Shown piece by piece: positions 20,850-33,837 of a DNA stretch of 34,342 nucleotides (within the stretch, counting starts at the first letter, position 1; each line of letters starts with the position of its first letter). Under the pieces are notes generated by a model. It ran no database searches. It saw only the letters and a program-made list of their open reading frames with translations, and was not told where the DNA came from. Origin of the DNA: Nitrospirota bacterium (lineage in GTDB: Bacteria > Nitrospirota > UBA9217); the NCBI GenBank assembly GCA_029858565.1, contig JAOUEV010000037.1:1-34342 (forward strand), given 5' to 3'. The position numbers were made by a program, and so were the translations under genes.

Positions 20850-21788
20850 TTGCCAAGACGACCGAGTGAAACAAAGCCGGAAACGATACGTGTACAACTT
20901 ATCGAGCTTCTTGCACACTTTGAGGATCAGCTCAGGAAGGGTGATCTTCGGAGAAAAGTACTGTCACTGATTTCCGCTTTTCATCTTCTGCGTGATCTTG
21001 GAAGTTCTTTGATTCCCCGCGAAGAGGCTTCTGCAGCCCGAGATAGAATCCTCGCCTATTTCCGTAAATATCCCTTGTTGGTAATTCATGGAGATGAGTT
21101 GATGGTGGTCTCGGGTATTCAGGATTGGCCAAGGAGGATAAGAGAACTGAGGCGGGAGTATGGTTGGGCAATTGCATCAGGTGTCACGGTCCAAGAGATG
21201 ATCGCGGAGGATGAAATCAACGTAAAAGGGCTGGTTGAAGCATCGTTAAAGCCTGAGGAATATATATTGCTCGATAAAGAACAAGATCGCGAAGCGGCGC
21301 ATCGATGGAAAATTGCCAACGATATTCGCAAAAAGTCAGGCGGTGTGCATGCAAAGATTCTTGAGTTTTTACGCAGCAACGTCGGGAGACCTGTAACGGG
21401 AGAGGAACTTCGGTATGTAACAAATGACAAGAGCGAGTGGGCACGTCGTGTGCGTGAATTGAGAACAGAACAAGGCTGGCCGATTCTCACGCGTAACACT
21501 GGCCGGCCGGACTTGCCCATAGGTTCCTACTTACTTGAGAAAGATAGACAAAGTCCTGCACATGATAGAAAGATTCCCGATCCTGTTCGGCGAGCAGTGC
21601 TCGTTAAAGACAAATATACATGTCAGAAATGCCGCTGGACTCACGAGCAGTGGAACCCTTCTGATCCACGGCATCTTGAACTCCACCACAAAGAACACCA
21701 CGCGAAGGGTGGCGAGAACACGAAAGAGAACTTGATCACATTGTGCGTGGTTTGTCATGACGCAGTTCATCGTAAGGACAAATCATAA
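20850..21788 (+). CDS. HNH endonuclease with tandem wHTH-like repeats, probable restriction enzyme of the dcm-vsr cassette
   Basis: Two repeats GDEL..WPRRIRELRREYGW and GEEL..WARRVRELRTEQGW; C-terminal CQKC...HH..HH..GG.N..ENL.TLC..CHD..H; TTG start. Confidence 0.85.
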   Translation: MPRRPSETKPETIRVQLIELLAHFEDQLRKGDLRRKVLSLISAFHLLRDLGSSLIPREEASAARDRILAYFRKYPLLVIHGDELMVVSGIQDWPRRIRELRREYGWAIASGVTVQEMIAEDEINVKGLVEASLKPEEYILLDKEQDREAAHRWKIANDIRKKSGGVHAKILEFLRSNVGRPVTGEELRYVTNDKSEWARRVRELRTEQGWPILTRNTGRPDLPIGSYLLEKDRQSPAHDRKIPDPVRRAVLVKDKYTCQKCRWTHEQWNPSDPRHLELHHKEHHAKGGENTKENLITLCVVCHDAVHRKDKS

Positions 21789-21994
21789 TCGCCACCCTCG
21801 TCGATCAGATGCTTTCCCTCAACAAGCAACTGCCTACGACCAAGACCGACCACGAAACAACCGCCCTCCAGCGCCGGATCAATGCCGCTGACCAACAGAT
21901 CGATCAGCTGGTGTATGAGCTGTACGGATTGACGGAGGAAGAGATCGGGATCGTGGAGGGGAAGGAAGAAGGAAAGGCAGAGTCAAGAAAATAG
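21788..21994 (+). pseudogene. C-terminal remnant of a Type IIG RM enzyme / N6-MTase
   Basis: IATLVDQMLSLNKQL...LQRRINAADQQIDQLVYELYGLTEEEIGIVE is the typical Type IIG C-terminus; no N-terminal part is present. Confidence 0.8.
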
Positions 21995-22008
21995 GGCTGA
22001 TAAGACCT

Positions 22009-22596
22009 ATGGACAGCAACGAGGATAAGAAAAAAGCAAAAGCTTCGCCCGGCCTGATTCCCGCTCACGGCGGCTACCGCAATCTGAAATCCTATCAGAT
22101 GTCGGAGATCGTCTATGACGCGGCGACCGCGTTCTGCGACCGGTTCATCGACCGCAGGTCGCGCACCCACGACCAGATGGTCCAGGCGGCGCGGAGCGGG
22201 AAGCAGAACATCGCCGAGGGGAGCATGGCCTCGGGCACATCGCGCAAGACCGAACTGAAGCTCGTAGGCGTGGCGAGGGCGAGTCTTGAGGAGCTTTTGC
22301 TCGACGGTGAGGATTTTCTGCGGCAGAAAGGGCTGGTTCTGTGGGGCAAGGATGATACTGGGGCGCAAGCCGTGAGGCGGCTTGCGTACAGCAAAGATAG
22401 GTCCTATAAGACCTATAGGGCCTATATTGAAGTTGAAGACCCTGAAACCGCGGCCAACACGCTGGCCTGCCTGATCCACCAGACCAACTACCTGCTGGAC
22501 CAGCAGCTGAAGCAGCTGGAAGAGCGTTTTCTGAAAGAAGGCGGTTTCGCGGAACGGCTTTACAGCAAGCGACAGGAGATCCGAAGAACGAGGTAA
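22009..22596 (+). CDS. Four-helix-bundle protein with suffix domain (23S rRNA IVS protein/bAvd-like)
   Basis: HGGYRNLKSYQ, RTHDQMVQAARSGKQNIAEGS, VARASLEELL.D.EDFLRQ, LLDQQ...LE..FL.EGGF.E.LY. Confidence 0.9.
   Translation: MDSNEDKKKAKASPGLIPAHGGYRNLKSYQMSEIVYDAATAFCDRFIDRRSRTHDQMVQAARSGKQNIAEGSMASGTSRKTELKLVGVARASLEELLLDGEDFLRQKGLVLWGKDDTGAQAVRRLAYSKDRSYKTYRAYIEVEDPETAANTLACLIHQTNYLLDQQLKQLEERFLKEGGFAERLYSKRQEIRRTR
22397..22423 (+). repeat. 3 x 9-nt tandem repeat inside the four-helix-bundle gene
   Basis: ataggtcct ataagacct atagggcct; two related units at 21991-22008. Confidence 0.75.
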
Positions 22597-22618
22597 ACTC
22601 GCTTTTCCAACAACGTTC

Positions 22619-23251
22619 ATGCGCCCGAATACCCGCACAAAAACTAAACTGAAACGCCCGCCGCAGCATCAGCGCGCCAGCGTGGATGTGGACATCGAGT
22701 CGCTTCTCTCGATCGAGAACCGCTGCGGAGGCTGCGCACAGGGCGAGCGGTGCTGCTGTTCGTCCTTCGATGTCTGCGTCACTCCTGCTGAGATGAAGCG
22801 GATCATCAAGGTCCTGCCCTCGGCCGCTAAATTCGCTTCCCATCTGCGGACGGACGGGGGCTATGACAATGTGTTTGACGAAGAGGAGCAGGGGCTCCAT
22901 TCCATTGATACCACCGAGGACGGTCTCTGCCTCTTTGCCTACCGGTCGAAGCGGCGGATACACTGTTCCCTTCATTCCGCGGCCGCGGCCCTCGGCCTGC
23001 CCCTTGCGCGGGTGAAGCCGAAAGTATGCCTGCTCTGGCCCCTGCACTTCTCCGAGGGAGAGGAGGTCCTGTCCATACACGACGATGCCCTTGTGTTTGC
23101 CTGTAATTCCGGGACAGAGAAAGGTTCGCGCGAGCTGTGCCGGGGATTCGTCGACGCGATCGAGCTGGTGTACGGCGCGGGATGCGGGGACCAGGTGCGG
23201 CAGGCAGCGGAGCGCGGGGAACGGCGCACGCGGCTGGCGCCCCGGCATTGA
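22619..23251 (+). CDS. Cys-cluster protein (DUF3109/YkgJ CxxCxxCC-like, putative Fe/Zn binding)
   Basis: CGGC....CCC, CLFA, CSLH, KPKVCLLWPL. Confidence 0.7.
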   Translation: MRPNTRTKTKLKRPPQHQRASVDVDIESLLSIENRCGGCAQGERCCCSSFDVCVTPAEMKRIIKVLPSAAKFASHLRTDGGYDNVFDEEEQGLHSIDTTEDGLCLFAYRSKRRIHCSLHSAAAALGLPLARVKPKVCLLWPLHFSEGEEVLSIHDDALVFACNSGTEKGSRELCRGFVDAIELVYGAGCGDQVRQAAERGERRTRLAPRH

Positions 23252-23277
23252 GCAGTCCGGGGTCACGGAGCTGAACA

Positions 23278-23517
23278 ATGAGCGACCAGGAGATCATCGA
23301 GGGCCTGAAGCCTGTCTGTCTTTGCAAGGGGATCCGGAAGAGCGTGTTCCTGAAGCACATCCGTGCGGGCATCAGGACCGTGGATGGCCTCAGGAAAGCG
23401 ACCGGCGCTGGAAGCGGCTCCTGCGGAGGCAAACGCTGCAAGGAGCGGATCGAGGAATTGCTGCGGGAACTGTCGGGAACAGGCGGGCCCGGCGCAAGGA
23501 AGGGCGGCGGGGCGTGA
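23278..23517 (+). CDS. BFD-like (2Fe-2S)-binding protein
   Basis: PVCLCKGI...IRTVDGLRKATGAGSGSCGGKRC; GGAG RBS. Confidence 0.85.
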   Translation: MSDQEIIEGLKPVCLCKGIRKSVFLKHIRAGIRTVDGLRKATGAGSGSCGGKRCKERIEELLRELSGTGGPGARKGGGA

Positions 23518-24110
23518 AGAAAGACCGGTTCGTGCATATGATCAAGCACCGCTTTTTCCTGCGGTTTCACATGGCGCTGATTCTGATCGCGACAGGTCTT
23601 TCCGGGCTTGCAGTCTCCAAACTTCTGCTCCTCGTCGACCTGGACAACATCGTCATCCGTTATCCTCTTGCCGTTTTGCTTTCCTACGGCATGTTCTTTC
23701 TCTTCATCAAGCTGTGGCTCGTCTATCTTCGCTCAACGGCCCTGGAGCGGATCGGGAAGCTTGTCGACACCGCAGGAGACGTCATCCCCGATGTTCCTGA
23801 CGTGATCGGAAATGCGGCAGCGCGCGCCGGGGAGGTATTCCGGGGCGCGGGCGGCGGATCGGGCGGCGGAGGAGCATCAGGCTTGTTCAGCGCTTCCACT
23901 GCCGAGGCGGCATTTCAGTGCGTACTCGCCGGAAGTCTTCTCAAGAGCGCCCGAAGGATGGACGCGCCAGACTGGATCGGCGGGGTCTTTCGCGCGACCT
24001 GGATACCCCTTGCCGTCGTGCTCGGCATCACCTGGATCGGCGCCGCGGTCATCCATGCGTACTATCCCAACCTCGTCAAGATTTCCGATATCTTATCATC
24101 CGGCCGGTGA
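23514..24110 (+). CDS. Hypothetical integral membrane protein with Gly-rich linker
   Basis: GTG start overlaps the bfd stop (GTGA); three hydrophobic segments; GGGSGGGGASG linker. Confidence 0.7.
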   Translation: MKKDRFVHMIKHRFFLRFHMALILIATGLSGLAVSKLLLLVDLDNIVIRYPLAVLLSYGMFFLFIKLWLVYLRSTALERIGKLVDTAGDVIPDVPDVIGNAAARAGEVFRGAGGGSGGGGASGLFSASTAEAAFQCVLAGSLLKSARRMDAPDWIGGVFRATWIPLAVVLGITWIGAAVIHAYYPNLVKISDILSSGR

Positions 24111-24131
24111 TAGGACTGCCGTCAGGGGGGA

Positions 24132-24160
24132 TTGACATCGCTGAAAAATACTCCTATACT
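24132..24160 (+). promoter_or_regulatory. Near-consensus sigma70 promoter
   Basis: TTGACA, 17 nt, TATACT, 36 nt upstream of ATG 24197. Confidence 0.75.
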
Positions 24161-24196
24161 GATCCTGTATTCAAACTGCTTCAGGGGAGGTTGAGC

Positions 24197-25063
24197 ATGC
24201 GGAAAAAGAGGAGGGGGTTTCGGAAGGCGGGCGTAGTCGCGGTTTCGCTGCTGTTACTCTGGGCAACCGGCTGCGCTACGGTGCGCGGGCCGGAGCCGAT
24301 GACCGCGCAGCAGACCGATGCGCTGAAAGCGCGGCTCGGGAAGATCGGTGTGGTCGCGGCGCGGTACGTGCCCAAGGCGGAGATTCAGGTCCCGGCGAAA
24401 GGCGCAGGGCAGGGGGCGGCAAAGGGGGCCGCGGTCGGGGCCATGGCGCCGCTCGAAATGCTAAAAGGCGGCGCGTCCGGCTGCAATAGTCTTGGCTGTG
24501 CACTCCTTCCCGCCATTGCAGTCATGCTTATGCCGGTCGGCGCAGTGGTTGGGACGGTGGGCGGCGCGATCACCGCTGATTCCGCGGAAGCGGTAAACGA
24601 GCGGGAAACGAAGATCAACGATGCCATGACAAGCCTGCGCATGCAGGAGGCGATGCGCGACCGTTTTTCCGCGCGGGTGGTGGATATGAAAACCTTTGAT
24701 GTATCAACCATTCAGGACGCCGGTCCTGCGATGGAAGGTCAGAATGCGGATTATCGGCAGATGAAGTCGACGGGGATCGATACGGTAAATGAAATCATTG
24801 TCCAGAAGCTGACGCTCAAGGGTGAGGGCAAGGTGCGGCCCGATCTGGCGCTGCATCTGGCGGTGAAAGCACGGGTGGTTTCTGCCGCAGAGAATGCGGA
24901 ACTCTATGCAAAGGACTATACCTGCGCGAGCAATAAGGACAAGTTTGAGGCCTGGGCGGAGCAGAATGCCCGGAAATTCCAGGACGAGATCGACCGGTGC
25001 TACAACGACATCGCCATGCAGGTAGTAAAAGACGTTTATGTGAACGATACGCTGTTGCGGTGA
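24197..25063 (+). CDS. Lipoprotein with glycine-zipper-like segment
   Basis: MRKKRR...LLLLWATG-C lipobox; GAGQGAAKGAAVG and VGAVVGTVGG; GGAGG RBS. Confidence 0.75.
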   Translation: MRKKRRGFRKAGVVAVSLLLLWATGCATVRGPEPMTAQQTDALKARLGKIGVVAARYVPKAEIQVPAKGAGQGAAKGAAVGAMAPLEMLKGGASGCNSLGCALLPAIAVMLMPVGAVVGTVGGAITADSAEAVNERETKINDAMTSLRMQEAMRDRFSARVVDMKTFDVSTIQDAGPAMEGQNADYRQMKSTGIDTVNEIIVQKLTLKGEGKVRPDLALHLAVKARVVSAAENAELYAKDYTCASNKDKFEAWAEQNARKFQDEIDRCYNDIAMQVVKDVYVNDTLLR

Positions 25064-25155
25064 TCATCAATGCCTTTGCTACGGTCGGGGTTTGCATATC
25101 CCCGGCCGCATATTTCCCGCTTGCCATTCACAAACGGCGCGAAGCCCGCTAATCC

Positions 25156-26754
<1,599 letters not shown>

Positions 26755-26894
26755 GGTCTTCCTTTGTTCGAGGGGCAATTTACAGCCCCGAAAGCCCGCT
26801 ACAATAACAGCTTTGGATTGGTCAAGTCAAGGAGAGAATAAAACACCGATGCGGATGTAGTGGCTCTGTGCAGCAGAAAATCAAATACGCGATA

Positions 26895-26970
26895 TTTACC
26901 ACGGAGCCACGGAGGTTACGGAGAAACCGCAGCTCGGTTTTTCTCGGTGTCTCCGTGCCTCCGTGGTGAA
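26895..26970. repeat. Inverted CACGGAG-type repeat hairpin
   Basis: tttaccacggagccacggaggttacggagaaa ... tttctcggtgtctccgtgcctccgtggtgaa. Confidence 0.8.
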
Positions 26971-26995
26971 ATCCTTCCCGATTTTATCGACAACG

Positions 26996-27589
26996 TCAGA
27001 ACTTCACCTTCGGCGCCTTGTCCGCGCCTTCCTCGGCCTTGAAGGGTTCCTTCAGCTTCAGGTGCAGGAGCCAGTTGTTGGTAAGGTTGTTCGGGAAGAT
27101 CCTGATCGAGGTGTTGAAGGTCTCCACCGCCTTGTTGTAGCGCTGTCGTGCTACATTGATGCGGTTCTCACTGCCTTCAAGCTGGCTCTGGAGGTCCTGG
27201 AATCCCTGGTTCGCCTTGAGGTCCGGGTATTTCTCCAGCACCACCAGGAGGCGGGACAGGGATGAGCCCAGCGTTGCCTGGGCCTGCTGGAACTTCGCCA
27301 GCGCCTGGGGGTCCTCGAGCATTTGAGGCGTTACTTTGATCTCTCCCGCGCGAGATCGGGCTTCGGTCACAGCTGTCAGGGTCTCGCGCTCGTGTTTCGC
27401 GTAGGCCTTTACGGTCTCCACCAGGTTGGGGATCAGATCTGCCCTGCGTTGATAGGATGACTCCACATCGCCCCACGCGGCCTTAACAGCCTCTTCATTT
27501 GCCTGCATCGTATTGTATCCGCACCCCTGCAGTAGTGTGCCTACCGCCAGCAGTACTAACAATGGAAGGATCGTCAGGAACCGTTTCAT
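26996..27589 (-). CDS. lemA: LemA family protein
   Basis: GCGYN...[52 protein letters not shown]. Confidence 0.95.
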   Translation of the reverse strand: MKRFLTILPLLVLLAVGTLLQGCGYNTMQANEEAVKAAWGDVESSYQRRADLIPNLVETVKAYAKHERETLTAVTEARSRAGEIKVTPQMLEDPQALAKFQQAQATLGSSLSRLLVVLEKYPDLKANQGFQDLQSQLEGSENRINVARQRYNKAVETFNTSIRIFPNNLTNNWLLHLKLKEPFKAEEGADKAPKVKF

Positions 27590-27944
27590 TTATGCCTCCT
27601 TGGGATAGTCATTCGGTCCTGGCCCGCAACCGACTGTGTTCTTAAATTATAGGGTATTTCAGCTCTGATGAAAATAGCATACTTTTCCTGGTCAGGCAAG
27701 AACCTCGTCCGGCCAGCAAAAGACCGCTTTGTCAGGAGCAGGGAGGGAACCGGCATGAGCACGATCAGTGGCCGAATCATATCCGGTCATTATGATAAAA
27801 GATCAGGAAGGACATCCCGGGGGATGAGGAGAAGGCGTGTAAACCGGAGAAAATGAGGGGCGCAAGGACCGTAACAAATTTTCCCCTCCCTGTTACCATA
27901 ACCAAAACCTTTACACTCATTTATATATTTAATAGGCAAAATTA

Positions 27945-27974
27945 TTGACTTTGCCGTGGGGAGTGTGCTAGTTT
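27945..27974 (+). promoter_or_regulatory. Putative atp operon promoter
   Basis: TTGACT, 18 nt, TAGTTT with an extended TG; AT-rich upstream element. Confidence 0.5.
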
Positions 27975-28028
27975 CATCAAGCTTAAAACAGTAACTTTGG
28001 TTTTTCTACTTCTGAGGCGGTCTCGGCC

Positions 28029-28454
28029 ATGGTTGATATCAACATTTCTTTCCTCATCCAGCTGATCAACTTTATCGTACTTCTCGTCGCCCTGAACTAT
28101 ATCCTGTTCAAGCCGATCCGCGGGATCATGGCTGAGCGCGCTCAGTCGATCAGCGGCGCCTTTGCCGACGCGAAGACGGCCCAGGACCGGATGCAGTCCC
28201 TTCTCGAACAATATAACACCTCGCTGGCCGAAGCAAAGCAGAAGTCAGCGGCCGCCTACGGCACGCTGTACCAGCAGGGGCTTGACGCGCAGCGCGACAT
28301 GATCTCCGCCGAGCGGAGCAAGGCAAGCGAACTTCTCGACAAGGCACGCGCCGAGATCGCCGCTGCATCGGGATCGGCCCGGACCGAACTCAGGACCGAG
28401 TCGGAAAAACTTTCCAAGGACATTTCCTCGAAACTGCTCGGCAGGGCAGTGTAG
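28029..28454 (+). CDS. atpF: F0F1 ATP synthase subunit b'
   Basis: SFLIQLINFIVLLVALNYILFKPI followed by a coiled coil; first gene of the atp cluster. Confidence 0.88.
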   Translation: MVDINISFLIQLINFIVLLVALNYILFKPIRGIMAERAQSISGAFADAKTAQDRMQSLLEQYNTSLAEAKQKSAAAYGTLYQQGLDAQRDMISAERSKASELLDKARAEIAAASGSARTELRTESEKLSKDISSKLLGRAV

Positions 28455-28567
28455 CCAGATAAAAAAGTAGTAAGTGGTAAGGGCTAAAGTGGTAAGCAAT
28501 ATCTGAAGCAAGGCAAGAACAGAAAAACAGCGGAAATTTTCAGAACAATAAAGCCTGATCGGATGCC

Positions 28568-29161
28568 ATGATGACCACGAAGAAAAACATAACTGCAATT
28601 CTCATCACCCTGGCTGGAATGCTGGTGCTGGCCACCGGCTCCGCGCCGGCGTCCAGCGGCGGAGGGGGCAACGCCGAGATCACCTTCTGGGGCGACTGGT
28701 TCCCCCGCCTTGTCAATTTCGCGATCATCAGCATTGTGCTCGTATACTTCCTTCGAAAACCCACCCGCGACTTCTTCAAGAACCGCACCATAGAGATCCA
28801 GAATTCCATCAAGCAGTCCCAGGAAGCGCGCGAGCAGGCTATGAAGGCCCTTGCGGATATGGAGCGGAAGGTGCGGGAGACCGAGGCCGAGGCACGGTCC
28901 CTGGTCGCGGATGCCCAGGCCCGGGGCGAGAAGGACAAGCAGGCGCTTGTCGAGGAAGGCAAGCGGCTGGCCAAGGACATCCAGGAGCAGGTGAAGGTCG
29001 GAATTGAGCTTGAAGTGCAGAAGGCCAAGGCCGATCTTGCGATGGAAGCAGCGCTCCTGTCCGTGGAACTTGCCGAGGGAACGATCAAGAAGACGATCAG
29101 CAAGCAGGACCATGAGCGGATCGTGAAGGAATATATCTCGAAGGTGGGAGGCCGGGCTTGA
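28568..29161 (+). CDS. atpF: F0F1 ATP synthase subunit b
   Basis: RLVNFAIISIVLVYFLRKP..FFKNR; coiled coil; N-terminal signal-like extension. Confidence 0.88.
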   Translation: MMTTKKNITAILITLAGMLVLATGSAPASSGGGGNAEITFWGDWFPRLVNFAIISIVLVYFLRKPTRDFFKNRTIEIQNSIKQSQEAREQAMKALADMERKVRETEAEARSLVADAQARGEKDKQALVEEGKRLAKDIQEQVKVGIELEVQKAKADLAMEAALLSVELAEGTIKKTISKQDHERIVKEYISKVGGRA

Positions 29162-29694
29162 TCAAGATCGTCGCGAAACGGTACGCCAAGGCCCTCGTCG
29201 AACTCGCTCACGAGAAGAAGATCGTGGACCAGACCAAGGCCGATCTCGCAGCCTTTGCGGCTGCGGTGGACGGGCAGGCTTCCCTGCAGAAGCTTTTTTC
29301 GAGCCCTGCCTTCACCCCTGATGCTAAAAAAATGGTGATCGCGGAACTTTCCGCCAAGCTTGGGCTCCAGAAGACCACGAAGCGGTTCATCGAGCTCCTG
29401 GCCGAGACCGGAAGGATCCGGTATGTGCGCGAGGTCTGCGCGGCTTTCGAGGAGATCCTGGCGGAGCGCCAGAACCGGGCGATCGCCCGCGTGACGACCG
29501 CGTCTGACCTGGCTCCGGCCGAGACCGCAGAGATCAAGAAGAAGCTCGAGGGCATCACGGGCAAGCAGGTGGAGATCGACGGCAAGGTGGATGCAGCGGT
29601 CATCGGCGGCGCTCACGCCCAGATCGGGAGCGTGGTGTACGACGGAACGATCCGGAACCAGCTGTCCAAGATGCGCGACCGGCTGATGAGATAA
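29158..29694 (+). CDS. atpH: ATP synthase F1 subunit delta
   Basis: VAKRYAKAL...VD..VIGG....IGSVVYDGTIRNQL. Confidence 0.95.
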   Translation: MIKIVAKRYAKALVELAHEKKIVDQTKADLAAFAAAVDGQASLQKLFSSPAFTPDAKKMVIAELSAKLGLQKTTKRFIELLAETGRIRYVREVCAAFEEILAERQNRAIARVTTASDLAPAETAEIKKKLEGITGKQVEIDGKVDAAVIGGAHAQIGSVVYDGTIRNQLSKMRDRLMR

Positions 29695-29726
29695 TAAAAC
29701 ATCAGGAGACGGAAGGATACTTCTGA

Positions 29727-31262
<1,536 letters not shown>

Positions 31263-31266
31263 CACT

Positions 31267-31301
31267 GAATTGCGGATTGCGGAATGCGGATTGCGGATTG
31301 A
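31267..31301 (+). repeat. 5 x heptamer GGATTGC-type tandem repeat
   Basis: gaattgc ggattgc ggaatgc ggattgc ggattga. Confidence 0.85.
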
Positions 31302-31345
31302 TTGACCGCACGCTTCCCTGATACCAGATCGGCCGGGGACAACCG

Positions 31346-32212
31346 ATGCCAAGTTTAAGAGACATTAAAAGAAAAATAACGAGCGTCAAGAAGACGCAGC
31401 AGATCACCAAGGCCATGAAGATGGTGGCGGCGGCGAAGCTCCGGCGCGCCCAGGACCGGGTGATCTCGGCCCGGCCCTATTCGCGGAAGATGTTCGCGGT
31501 GATCGCCAACCTCGCGTCCCGGGTGGAGCGGGCCCAGCACGCGTTGCTGGCCAAGCGGGAGCCGAAGAAGGTGAAACTTGTGGTGCTCACGTCGGACCGC
31601 GGCCTCTGCGGCGCCTACAATACCAATATCCTGCGCAAGGCGGTTGAGGCCGCGCGGGAGTTCCAGGCCCAGGGCAAAGAGGTCCGGATCAACGTGGTCG
31701 GCAGAAAGGGCCGTGATTTCTTCCGCAAGCGCGCGCAGTTCAGCGTCGGCCAGGTATGGTCCGATCTCGGCATGATCGATTACGACAAAGCCGCGGTCAT
31801 CGGCAAGAACATCGTGGACCGCTTCTCCGCGGGAGAGACCGACGAGGTCTATCTCCTGTACAACGAGTTCAAGAGCGTGATCCAGCAGAAAGTGACCCTG
31901 GAGAAACTGCTTCCCGTGGAGCCGCCGACGGAGACCGATCCTTTCATGTCGTCGGTGGATTATCTCTATGAACCGTCGGCAGAGGCGATCCTTTCCTCGA
32001 TCCTGCCGAAGCACATTGAAGTACAGGTCTACCGTTCGATGCTGGAATCGCAGGCATCAGAAATGGGCGCGCGCATGACGGCCATGGACTCGGCCACGCG
32101 CAACGCCAAGGACCTGATCGGCAAGCTGACGCTCAAGTTCAACAAGCAGCGCCAGGCCGCGATCACCAAGGAAATTTCCGAGATCGTGGGCGGCGCGGAA
32201 GCCTTGAAGTAA
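31346..32212 (+). CDS. atpG: ATP synthase F1 subunit gamma
   Basis: QITKAMKMVAAAK, TSDRGLCGAYN, SEMGARMTAM, RQAAITKEISEIVGGA. Confidence 0.98.
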   Translation: MPSLRDIKRKITSVKKTQQITKAMKMVAAAKLRRAQDRVISARPYSRKMFAVIANLASRVERAQHALLAKREPKKVKLVVLTSDRGLCGAYNTNILRKAVEAAREFQAQGKEVRINVVGRKGRDFFRKRAQFSVGQVWSDLGMIDYDKAAVIGKNIVDRFSAGETDEVYLLYNEFKSVIQQKVTLEKLLPVEPPTETDPFMSSVDYLYEPSAEAILSSILPKHIEVQVYRSMLESQASEMGARMTAMDSATRNAKDLIGKLTLKFNKQRQAAITKEISEIVGGAEALK

Positions 32213-32276
32213 ACGCAAAAGTATCAGCGCAACAGGTAGCATAGCCGTACCTTTATTTTTCATTTCCCAATTTTGA

Positions 32277-33725
<1,449 letters not shown>

Positions 33726-33731
33726 CATGCC

Positions 33732-33792
33732 GGTAGGCGGCAGGTGATAGGCGATGATTATCATCCTAACGCCTCACGCCTAACCCCTGACG
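33732..33792. repeat. Inverted heptamer repeat (TAGGCG/CCTAACG type) around a central palindrome
   Basis: ggtaggc ggcaggt gataggc | gatgattatcatc | cctaacg cctcacg cctaacc cctgacg. Confidence 0.7.
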
Positions 33793-33837
33793 GGTTCATT
33801 TTTGAGTAAAATGAGCGCCGAAGATTGGAAAAAGAAA

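Noticed and set aside
22009-22596. Diversity-generating retroelement suggested by the Avd-like gene
   Set aside because: No reverse transcriptase or TR/VR pair is visible in the window.
27830-27875. c-di-GMP-I riboswitch-like words (aaacc..gaaa..ggcgcaa)
   Set aside because: The stem flanking GAAA does not pair.
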